Shown here piece after piece: positions 12,397-22,639 of a stretch of 64,000 nucleotides of DNA (positions are counted from its first letter, which is position 1; every line of letters begins with the position of its first letter). A program made the translations under genes and the position numbers. A model generated the notes under the pieces. That model worked only from the letters and a program-made list of their open reading frames with translations, was not told the origin of the DNA and did no database searches. The DNA comes from Tubulanus polymorphus (taxonomy: Eukaryota; Animalia; Nemertea): assembly GCF_964204645.1 (NCBI RefSeq), contig NC_134036.1, positions 7,912,812 to 7,976,811 on the forward strand, written 5' to 3'.

Positions 12397-12831
12397 ATGG
12401 AAGATAAAGTTGATAATATTGATATTATTCCTCATGATATAAATAAAACTAAATTAAAAATATATTTAGAAAAACAAATATTAGAATTTGAAAGTGATTT
12501 AAAAGTTAAAAAGAAAAAATATTTAAAAAGTAAAATTATATATTATCTTATTATCAGTGGTTCGGTTACAATTAGTTCTGTAATAACATTTCTAGCAATA
12601 TTCAGTCCATTAACACCTTTAGCTATATCAATTGGTGTATTAGGATTAAGTTCAAGTGTTTTAACTGGTATAAGTTCAAAATTAAATATAAAAAGTAATA
12701 AAGAAAAAATTAAAACTAATATAAAAGAAATTAATAAATTGAAGAATACACTAGATTATATAATAAGTTTAAATGGTCATATAACAGTTGAAGAACAAGA
12801 TAAATTATTAAAAGAATTAGTTAATTATTAA
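12397..12831 (+). CDS. Two-TM coiled-coil membrane protein
   Basis: Central hydrophobic hairpin; ortholog at 49589-50014. Confidence 0.75.
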   Translation: MEDKVDNIDIIPHDINKTKLKIYLEKQILEFESDLKVKKKKYLKSKIIYYLIISGSVTISSVITFLAIFSPLTPLAISIGVLGLSSSVLTGISSKLNIKSNKEKIKTNIKEINKLKNTLDYIISLNGHITVEEQDKLLKELVNY

Positions 12832-12847
12832 TTTTTTAGTTATATAA

Positions 12848-14173
12848 ATGGCAGATAGTTTTCCAAAAGCTTTCCAATATAATAAATCAATTAAATATAA
12901 TATTCCAGCAATATATTTTAATAAAGATATTACATATAGAAATGAAGTTTTAAATTCATTAATTGATTTATATATTTATGTTACTGAAAGTAATAATTTT
13001 CATGTGAAGATGGAAAATATATTTCATGTGTATACAATTAATTTCAAAAATTTAAATGAGGCAAAACAATGGTTATTAAAATCTAATATGAAGTATTGGC
13101 AGAACCAATTAAATTTTGCTGTTTATTGCGCAACAACAGGTTGTGGAATTAGTTGGAATGATCATTTAAACAAACCAAGTTTACCATTGATGTTATCACT
13201 TTTTAGATTTCATACATATTTTCAAATAAAATTAGTATTAGATGAATTAGAATGTCCTTTACCAGGTTCAAAATATTTTAAAGAATTGAATAATAATATT
13301 AATTTTTCTAAGTTTTATAAAATATGTAATGAATTTAATATTAATTCAAATAAAGATTTTAGAGCAAAAATTGGAACAATGGGCGGATTAGGAATATTAT
13401 ATACTAAAGAATTTGGTAAAATAATGACAAATTCAGATATAAGAACACTAAATTGGAATGAATTACCAAAATATTATAATAATATACAACAACAAAACAA
13501 TAATGGTTGGGTTAATTTCATTTTAGAAAATAGTGAAGGTTTTACTAAAGCTGGAATACAAAGAATAAATCAATCTATTAGAACTTATTTGATATGTATT
13601 TTAGGTGCGCAAGTTGAAACAAGATCCCCAATAATTGGAAATGATAACACTTCATTCGATGCGCAGAAACAATTCAAAGTATTATTTGAAGATTCAATTC
13701 ATAATGATAAAAATAGATTGATTCCAGAAAACATTGTAAGATATCAAAATTATTTAGATAAATCACATATTAGATTAAATTATTGTATAGGCCCTAATCT
13801 ATTAATTATTTCTAATGATTTAGTATTAAAGATGGGAAATATAATTGGTTATAATAATCTAATTAAAACTGCAACAATAAATAATTCATTTGGATTGAAT
13901 GATATAAATAAAAAGATTATTACTGCTCCAAAATTAATGGAAGGTGAAAAAAATAAAAAACACATTCAATCAACTGAAACTAAAACTAAAAATATTAAAT
14001 TAAATAATGATTCTAAAATAAAAGATTATAATACATCAGAAAATATTAAAACTGATAATATTCAACATGATATAATTAAAACTAATGATGATAATAAATC
14101 CTATGAAAATACTAAATTAGCTTTAACTTGTGTAGGAATTGTAATCGGAGGAATATTATATTTTAAATTTTAA
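12848..14173 (+). CDS. 441-aa conserved protein (WQNQLNFAVYCATTGCG motif) with C-terminal TM anchor; putative virion protein
   Basis: Intact ORF; ortholog at 48203-49572. Confidence 0.75.
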   Translation: MADSFPKAFQYNKSIKYNIPAIYFNKDITYRNEVLNSLIDLYIYVTESNNFHVKMENIFHVYTINFKNLNEAKQWLLKSNMKYWQNQLNFAVYCATTGCGISWNDHLNKPSLPLMLSLFRFHTYFQIKLVLDELECPLPGSKYFKELNNNINFSKFYKICNEFNINSNKDFRAKIGTMGGLGILYTKEFGKIMTNSDIRTLNWNELPKYYNNIQQQNNNGWVNFILENSEGFTKAGIQRINQSIRTYLICILGAQVETRSPIIGNDNTSFDAQKQFKVLFEDSIHNDKNRLIPENIVRYQNYLDKSHIRLNYCIGPNLLIISNDLVLKMGNIIGYNNLIKTATINNSFGLNDINKKIITAPKLMEGEKNKKHIQSTETKTKNIKLNNDSKIKDYNTSENIKTDNIQHDIIKTNDDNKSYENTKLALTCVGIVIGGILYFKF

Positions 14174-14188
14174 TTTTTTATTATATAA

Positions 14189-15610
14189 ATGGAAGAAGAT
14201 ATTCCAATTGATCCTTTAGATGAACCCGGTATAAGTGATGAACAACAACCTGATTTTAGTGAAACAAGTTTTAATGACGGTAATGAGCCAGGACGTAATT
14301 CTAATTTAAATACACCTGCATGTATTGATAAAACACGTTCAAAGATAAGTATTGAAAAAGAAGTACCAGAAATAACAGAAAAAGAATACAAATATAATGA
14401 AATTATTCATGAATTTAAACCAATGTTAAAAAGATCTGGTTTCAATATAACAAATAAAGGTATGAATTATTTAGTAAAAGATTTGAAATATTTTAATGGT
14501 GATTATTATTGGAAATTAAAAGGCGACTATTATTTTAAGATTTCAAATCTTAAAAGTAACGATAAAATAATAACACAATCAACTTTTAATTTATTTAAAC
14601 CAGATAGAATTAAGAAAATCATTAATGATATTATAACTGATGTTACAGAAAAAGAGATAATTGATAATAGAAGAGAATTTAAACAAAGAAATGCTAAATT
14701 TTTTAAGATAATTAATGAAAAAAAAAAAATTCCTAAAGAAGCTGATAATTCCAAAACTAGTAAACTTAAATCAAACACTGAAGTTCAAACTGAAAAGCTT
14801 TTACCAAATGGATTACTCGATGCAACAGATCAAGAATTAGAAGATTTGAATATATTTTCTGATGAAGCAATTAGAGAAATTATTAGTATAAGAAATGAAG
14901 CTGATAAAATTGCACATAATAAAAGTATAAGAGATATTAAAATTAACAATTTAGAAAAAGAATTAACTGATAAAAATAAAGAAATAGAAAAATTAAAGTC
15001 TGATTTAGATCGTCGAGTAATTGATGAAATGGAATATAAGCAAAAATAATTAGGTTTAGAAAAAGAAATTAATAATTTAAAAGATAATTTAGAAGTACTG
15101 AAAGGTGAAAGAGATATATTATTAAAAGAATTTGGTAATAATTTTAAAAGATTAAAAGATGTTTTTAAAGATTTGTTGATAAAACCAAATTCTAAAATAT
15201 CATTAAAAGATAGAATAAGATTATTATTTAAGTTAGAAGGAATAACAATTCTTTCAATTCTAACAGCTGTAACTATGTTATTTACAACAATTGGTTTAGC
15301 TATATCAAATGCTTTAAAATCTACACCTACTCCTACTCCCAATAAACCGAATAAACCCCCGAATGATAAGAATTCTATACAAGATAAAGTTAAGGATGGT
15401 TTAAAGAAATTAGCAAAATATTTATGGGAACTATCTAAAAAATCTGCTGCAGCTTTACCAGGAATTATTGCATCAATTGTTGGTTTTATATTGAAATCTG
15501 CAGGAAACATTATTAACTTTGCTGCTGAACATATTATTTTATTTTTAATTACAGCTGTAAGTGCTATTATTTTTGGGTTAGTGAATATGATATCAAAAAA
15601 TATCAAGTAA
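14189..15610 (+). pseudogene. Coiled-coil protein with C-terminal hydrophobic helices (~473 codons, one in-frame stop at 15047)
   Basis: ORFs 14189 and 15173 are in the same frame; ortholog at 46441-48186 and in both relics. Confidence 0.75.
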
Positions 15611-15650
15611 ACATGATCAAAAATAAATAATTAATTTTTTTGTTAAATAA

Positions 15651-16898
15651 ATGAGTGGGAGTTATATCAATCCTTCTAAGATTTCTAGAATATCTAATGC
15701 TATTAAAGCAGAAAGATCACATCATATAAATACTCATAACCCTTCTAATATTAATCCTGATGAAACTTTATATGTTAGAATTCCTCGATTAACACAAAAT
15801 ACTTTTTATGTTCCAAATAGTATTTATTTATCAGCCGATATAAAAGTAATCGGTAATCATAATAATTATGTTGTTGATAATGTTGGAAGATATTTGATTA
15901 AAAAATTAACTATAAAGATTGGTCCGGAAACAGTTTTCTCATTAGATGATTATAATTTATTCATGCATTATTAAGATTTATGGTTAACTAAAGAAAATAG
16001 AAATAATATGATATTTCAAGGCATCCAATCAGAAAACCAAAATAAATTAAGATCAGAAGCTAATAGCGCAATATTAACTAATGCTGTAGATAAATTGATA
16101 AAAAGTATATATGGAAGCAAATATAAAATTCCATTAGACTTTGAAATGATAAATAAAAATGCACCTTTATATAAATATGCAATTCAAGAAGACGTTATAT
16201 TTGAGATAACATTTGCTCCTGTTAATGAAATTGTAATATCTAGCGTTAATAAAGATATGAGTTATAAATTATCGAATATATGTTTAGAATATGATACAGT
16301 AACTGATGAAAATATTTCAAGTATAATTCAAACTAAATACAATCAAGGATTTTCATTATTATATGATTATATTGATAAATTTAAAACTGTAACTATTAAT
16401 GCAAATGATGAAATAATTAATGAGAATATTAACTTCCCAAGAAGATCTATTAAAGGTATATTAATATTTTTTACCATTGCAACATATACTAATGGCGCAA
16501 AAAATGTTGATAATTATTTTAATCCTGAAATAACAAAAGTAGAAATAACTATCGAAGGAATAGCAAATAAAATATTTTGTCAAGGAATGAGAATGATAGA
16601 TCAGTGGCCAGAAATTAGAAAGAATTTTATGAATGAAAAAGTAAAATCATCTGAAAATTGTAATATTAATCAAATTGATTATTATACCGGTAATAAATAT
16701 GCAATATGGTTAGATTTTAAAACAACAGAGGATAATTCATTACATGGTTCTGGAAAAAAATTACAAATTACAAAAGATGGAATACAATTATTCATGACAA
16801 AGAAAAGAGGAGACAAAAATTTCAAAATGCACATTTATATTATATCTGACGCGCAATTAAATATTGTAAATTCACAATTAGATAGTGTTATGTATTAA
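15651..16898 (+). pseudogene. Putative major capsid protein (double jelly-roll), one in-frame stop at 15972
   Basis: ~415 codons, beta-rich, THNPSNINP...LYVRIPRL N-terminus; size and position fit a Polinton MCP; strongly conserved across all copies. Confidence 0.7.
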
Positions 16899-16930
16899 AA
16901 TTTTAACTTTAATAAAAATATATATAATAA

Positions 16931-17695
16931 ATGGAAGGAGGTAAAGTATATAAACATATTCCATACATCGATACACATGAAAATAATGATGGTTTATATT
17001 ATGTAATACCTTGTAATATAGCTTTGATATTTGATCCTATTTTCAAAATTTATAAAACTAAACTAATAGAAATCTATAATAATAAAAGTGAAGTTGTTGA
17101 TTATTTAAGTAATGTAATTTATAATAATGTTTTACCTTCGACATCTGATAATGTTTTACCTTCTACATAGAATAATGAAATAATATTAAATGTTAGTGAA
17201 AATAGAAATTATTGTGATTATTATAAAGGTGAATTTTCAAACGCCCCATCAAATTGGAATAAACATATGAATACAAATTCACATATTACAAATGTTATAG
17301 AACGTGTTGGTTTAAAAGAATTTATAGAACACCCATTTAGATATGTTACAAAATTTGTTTCGAATAAAAAAGTAAATGGTAAAGAATTATATGAAGATTT
17401 ATTATTAGCAACACCTAATAAAGATGAATTAGATTTAACTGATGCTAATAAAATATTAGGATCAAACACTGTAAATGAAATATTAGGAGCAAACACGAAT
17501 AAAGATTCTATGAAACATAAAGTAGAAAATAATGATAAATTTGATTGGATGAATAAGCATAACAATGAAACAACTATTGATGATTCGGTAAAAAAGGTGA
17601 AAAAAAAGTATAAAAATAATAGAGAATTTGAAGAAGAAAATTCGGTAGAGAATTTGAGAAAATTGTTAGGGTCTGATATAATATTCATATATTAG
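16931..17695 (+). pseudogene. Hypothetical protein with degenerate zinc-finger-like motif, one in-frame stop
   Basis: ORFs 16931 and 17267 share a frame; YCDYY...WNKHMNTNSH between them; absent from element 2. Confidence 0.5.
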
Positions 17696-17839
17696 TTCAA
17701 ATAATAAAAATAAATTGGTTGAAAATTGTATAAATAATATTTATTTTAAAAAAGGGGCTTTTAAGTATTTAAGGTATCTAATAGGGTATCAGGTATTGGG
17801 GTATCTAATAGGGCATCTAATACATAAGTATATAAATAG

Positions 17840-18451
17840 TTATTTTATAAATTTATTTTCATATGGAAATTGTAATCTCAGTAATAATTTTGAACCTTTA
17901 TTATTCTTTAATTTATTCATATATTCATCATATAATTCAGTAGGTATAATTTGATTTTCTTCCAATGATTGTTGCATAGATTTTCTATCTTTATTGTAGA
18001 ATAAAACTAGAAATCTCATATTCTCCCTAAAGTCTTTAACAATTGAATAATATTTTTGATTTAAAACCCATGTTGTTATCCCGAAATGTCTTCCACAGAA
18101 AGCTAGATAACATAACTCACTTTCTCTAACTTTTGAATCATGTAAATTTGCGCGATCATCTACAATGAATAATGTATTTGATCCTTTATAAGTATCAATT
18201 GCTATTTTTATACAATTATCTAAATTTTCTTTTACTGTTTTAGGATCTAATATAATAAACTTTTTTATCTTAACTATATCTCTATTATATGTTTTATTCA
18301 TTTCATAAGTAGGACAGAATAATATTATATTATCAAAATGATTCTTATAAATAGTTTCTAACAAATCTAATATGAAATGTGTTTTACCACAGTTTGTTAC
18401 TCCAGTAACTAACATATTATGAGGTTCAAATATAAATAAATCTTTATTCAT
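17840..18451 (-). CDS. A32-like (FtsK/HerA) DNA packaging ATPase
   Basis: Walker A GVTNCGKT, Walker B LFIVDD, GRHFGIT motif. Confidence 0.92.
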   Translation of the reverse strand: MNKDLFIFEPHNMLVTGVTNCGKTHFILDLLETIYKNHFDNIILFCPTYEMNKTYNRDIVKIKKFIILDPKTVKENLDNCIKIAIDTYKGSNTLFIVDDRANLHDSKVRESELCYLAFCGRHFGITTWVLNQKYYSIVKDFRENMRFLVLFYNKDRKSMQQSLEENQIIPTELYDEYMNKLKNNKGSKLLLRLQFPYENKFIK

Positions 18452-19562
18452 TTATTCTTTTAATTTTACTAGATGAAATCCATTCATTAAATTTATCATC
18501 GTATCCTTTATATTTCACCAAAGAATACTTTTTCCCTTTAAGAGTTTTTTTTTTCAATACTTTTTCTATTTTGTATTCTATTTCATCTGGATTTGGTACA
18601 AGTGATAATTCTTGTTCATAGAAATAACCTAATATTTCTTCATCTTTTAGATCTTCTACTTTATAAACAAATGGTTTAGTTAATATTATCTTTTTAATCT
18701 TGAATATTTCTTCTGTAAAATTATGGGTATAACCTTTATAAAATGTTTTTCTATATTTAGATATTCTTACGTGTTGTCCTATTTTGAATCTAGGTTCACC
18801 GAAATCATGTGTTACAAACGCTCCATATAAATTATTCCAAACTATTTCTGAATTATCTTCTTTTCTAGCTTGTATAGGTTTCATATTTATAGAACTATGT
18901 TTAGAATTATTATAACCTTTCACTTAATCATCTAACACATCGATATATTTATATGTTTCATTAGCAGTAAAATATTTCCACATTCTAGTTTTCAATGTTT
19001 TATTAAATCTTTCTATAATAGATGCTTTTTTATCTGAGTGTGTTGAAAAATAATCTACATCGTTATCAGATAATAGTTTTTTAAAATGTTTGTTATAAAA
19101 TTCCTTACCTTCATCAAATTGTATCTTATCTGGAATAGATTCTTTAAATATTGATTTAAAAGCATTTGTCACTTCTATACCAGTTTTATTTTTGATTGGA
19201 ATTGACCATGCGTATCTACTGAATATGTCTATAACATTTAATATCCAGAAATATCCTTTGTTGTATTCTTCTAAGTTCTTCATGTCAATTAAATCAGCTT
19301 GCCATTGTTGATCGATATATGAAACCATAACTTTTCTTGTTAAATAAGTTTTATCCATTTTCTTATGTATTTGATATGTGGGTTGGTTTTGTAACCATGA
19401 TTTTAATTCACCATATTTTATACCACCGTGTGGGTGCCGTACGGCACCATTACCATTTTCATTATCAGATTTAATTTTATTCCATTATTCTGAAACGTTA
19501 GAATATGATACCTCACTTTCTGGGTTATAATATAACTCTCTTAAATATTGTTCTTTTTTCAT
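18444..19562 (-). pseudogene. Retroviral-like (RVE) DDE integrase with C-terminal chromodomain, two in-frame stops
   Basis: WQADLIDM, IDIFSRYAW, QFDEGKEF, IERFNKTLK; chromo-like IEKVL...YSLVKYKGYDDKFNEW. Confidence 0.93.
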
Positions 19563-19568
19563 CGTATT

Positions 19569-20020
19569 TTAATCCATTAATAATAATTTAGATTTAGTTT
19601 CAATGGCTTCATGATTTGACTTATTTTCTGGTATAATAGGTTTATTGTCATTGGAATCATATTTATCATCAGATTTGAATTTTGATTTATATATTACACC
19701 GGATACTATAATAACTGTTACTAATCTAATTTTAATATATAATTTATAATTACTTCCAGCATTAGAAGAATCAGATGGATTATTTTTTGAATCAATATCA
19801 GATAAAGTCTGTGATTCATTCATATCAGTTAATTTCTTTTTCTTAGCTTTTTTTAATTCTGAAGATCTTTTACCTAATTCTCTTGCCCATTTAATTTGTT
19901 TCTCTATATCAGTTAATTTCTTTTTCTTAGCTTTTTTAATTCTGAAGATCTTTTACCTAATTCTCTTGCCCATTTAATTTGTTTCTCGGATCTAGCCTTT
20001 TTCTCAACTCCATCACTCAT
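19569..20020 (-). pseudogene. Basic TM-containing hypothetical protein, disrupted by an ~83-bp tandem duplication (19822-19904/19906-19987)
   Basis: N-terminus MSDGVEKKARSEKQIKWARELG matches KKPRTQKQIEWSRQLG of 42149-42559. Confidence 0.65.
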
Positions 20021-20593
20021 TTATTTTAGTTAATTTTTGTTCTGATTCATTTTCTGTTTCGACCTTTGGTTGTAGTACATCTGTTTCGTTCTTACCTGAT
20101 TTATATTCCATAGGCTTGATGTTCGAAAATGTTATGACACCAGTAGAAATTAATGTCATAACAGATCCTAATTGAAATGAAGCATATCCAACCCATTTTT
20201 GTAATTCAGTCATAACTAAGTAGTCACTTTTCAAATCAGTATATAATTTATTTTCATCATCAATTGGTATTAACTGGTTACATAATTTTGAATAACATTT
20301 GACAATACCATCTGAAATAGAATCATTTATTCTAGCTAATCTTGACTCTTCATAAATCTTAAAATATTTTATTACTTTATCTGGTTTCATAGAGTCTAGT
20401 TCTTGAAAAGTAATGATTCTATTTAAAAACTCATTAGTTTTTCCACCGGCAATCAATAGTTCTATATGATGCTTACAATATAAATAGTATTCATAATCTA
20501 TATTGTTATTAACTTGAGTAGAATTAGAAACAACTGTATCTTTATCTTTGTCTTTTCAATATCAATACTATTCTTATTAGATTTCTTTGACAT
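20013..20593 (-). pseudogene. Conserved hypothetical protein (frameshifted near the 5' end)
   Basis: Homologous to 42492-43097 (YYLYCKH...RINDSIS...YSKLCN...FQLG). Confidence 0.7.
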
Positions 20594-20841
20594 TTATATT
20601 AGAGAAATTTAATAAGAAAAATATTATAAGTATTATAAAATGATACTAGCTAGTTAAAACTAAAGAATTCTAGTATTGACTACTGATACTAGCTATTTGA
20701 ACTTAAAGAATTTCTATTTGAATCTATTCAAAATATAAAGTATTCTCTTTTTGAAAAGAAAGTATTAAAAAAACAATAACTAATACTAGCTAGTTGAAGA
20801 TATGTAATTTTTAATACTTTTTATTTAAATTCTATTATTCT

Positions 20842-21645
20842 TTAACCACTCATTAAAGACTCAACGTATTGTTCATTATTTGGATCATTATTCCATAATT
20901 CAATGAATTTCTTTGCTTTATCTAATTGATCCAAATATTACTGTAAATCTAGTTTATTAAAATTTATTTTATTTTCTTTCTTTTCAAGAGGTCTTAAATT
21001 CTTCCAATTCCAAATTAACTTTTTATCATATTCATCATTCATGTCAAATTTAGAAATAGGCAACACATGATCAATATGAAAATAATTACCATGATTATTT
21101 ATATTCATTTTATCATCGAATTGAAATATAATCCATGATTTTAAGAATTCATCCGAACAACCCAATAAATTAGATAGTGTGTATGAGTGACTGTCTTTAC
21201 TGAATAATTGTGTTAATCTATTTATCAAACATTTTTTCATTTTAAAATTTAGATCTGTTTGATATTTTTCATTTTGATAATTGTTAATATTCTCTCTATT
21301 ATTTTCCCTCCATTCTCTCATATATTCTGGGTGATTTTCTCTCCATTCTCTCATATATTCTGGGTGATTTTCTCTCCATTGTTTATTATAAACTTTCCAC
21401 TTTTCTGGATTATTTTCTCTCCATTGTTTATCTTTTTCTTTATATTTTTCTGGATTATTTGCTCGATATTGTTTATTATATAGTTTATTACAAGTTTTGC
21501 AATAACAACTTTTACCATCTTTAGTTTTTTTATGTTTATTAAATTCTGTAAATGGCTTATTTATTTTACACTTATAACATGTCTTCTGATATATATTTAT
21601 TACACCATTATTGTTTATATTTATAGCTTGTGATTGTTCCTCCAT
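20842..21645 (-). CDS. HNH endonuclease of the NCLDV type, with N-terminal CxxC zinc ribbon and 11-aa repeats; premature stop at 20938
   Basis: CYKC...CKTC, (YMREWRENHPE)n, LLGCS..FLK.W...QF, HIDHVLP, NLRPLEKKEN. Confidence 0.8.
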
Positions 21646-21760
21646 TTATAATATATATTTTATTTAAATTAGGATTTAGATTATCTCACTACTATTGTTT
21701 ATCTATAGGAGCAGTAATTATAACTGTCCAGATAAGTCATTTCGGATCCTTGATATCAAA

Positions 21761-21964
21761 TTACTCAACGTATTGTTCATTATTTGGATCATTGTTCCAT
21801 AATTCAATAAATTTCTTTGCCTTTGTTAACTGTTCTGAATATAACTGTAAATATTCTAGTTTCAATTTATTATCTAAATGTGTTTTAGTTTTATTGTGTC
21901 TTGCTTTTTGGGATTTATCTATATTGATATTACATGTTGGACAGTAGTACTTATTTGCTTCCAT
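21761..21964 (-). CDS. Chimeric mini-ORF: pPolB first zinc finger (copied in the TIR) fused to an HNH-tail sequence
   Basis: MEANKYYCPTC...KLEY identical to the pPolB start, followed by LQLYSEQLTKAKKFIELWNNDPNNEQYVE. Confidence 0.5.
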   Translation of the reverse strand: MEANKYYCPTCNINIDKSQKARHNKTKTHLDNKLKLEYLQLYSEQLTKAKKFIELWNNDPNNEQYVE

Positions 21965-22633
21965 TTTAATATCAAATTTTTTATTGAAATTGAACATAAC
22001 TCTTACCTCTCAACGCGTCCCGCCACGTGTGAGTCCAACCACGTGTGAGTCCCGCCTATTTATACTACTAAACAGTGGGGAAAACCCAGCTGCGTGTTGA
22101 GACTTGTAAATTATGAGGCTTGTGATTGGCTAGTGTAATAGGGAATACTCAACTGTGATTGGATAGAGTAATACTCAACTGTGATTGGATAGATTAATAG
22201 TAAAATACTCAACTGTGATTGGCTGGAAATACTCAACTGTGATTGGATAGATTAATAGGGAATATTCAACTGTGATTGGCTGGAAATACTCAAATGTGAT
22301 TGTCTAGAGTAATACTCAACTGTGATTGGCTAATGTAGTTTTCTACATGGATGGTTCTAGAATCAACATGTAATACGCAATACTCAACGTGTTGAGGCTT
22401 GTAAATTATGAGACTTGTGATTAGATAGAGTAATAGGGGTTTAGTTGTTCTATATCAAAGGTTGAGAGGTCGAGGTTGATAAATTTTCCAAATGTTAAAA
22501 TAATAATAATTTCTACTTGAATTAGGAGTGTACGCGACTAATTCAAGTAGAAATTATTGTTATTTTCACATTTGAAAATTTATCGACCTCGACCTTTCGA
22601 CCTTTGGTATAGAACAACTAAACCCCTATTACT
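21851..22633 (-). repeat. Right terminal inverted repeat of element 1
   Basis: Reverse complement of 5529-6287 with a small difference in CCAAT-repeat number. Confidence 0.95.
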
Positions 22634-22639
22634 AACAAC

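Larger units (their letters stand above)
5529..22633 (+). mobile_element. Polinton/Maverick (adintovirus-like) element 1, full length ~17.1 kb
   Basis: 5'-AGTAAT...ATTACT-3' termini; 6-bp TSD AACAAC (5523-5528 and 22634-22639); empty site GATAACAACTGGGCC in the paralogous copy at ~34380; long TIRs; pPolB, integrase, ATPase and capsid genes. Confidence 0.97.

Noticed and set aside
14170-15606. Long antisense ORFs (14170-14391, 14530-14778, 14830-15606; likewise 17221-17688, 21259-21483)
   Set aside because: Shadow frames of AT-rich sense genes, with no motifs and not conserved in element 2.
21683-21756. SECIS element or hammerhead ribozyme call for the conserved stem-loop
   Set aside because: No apical AA motif at SECIS spacing and no CUGANGA core; left unassigned.
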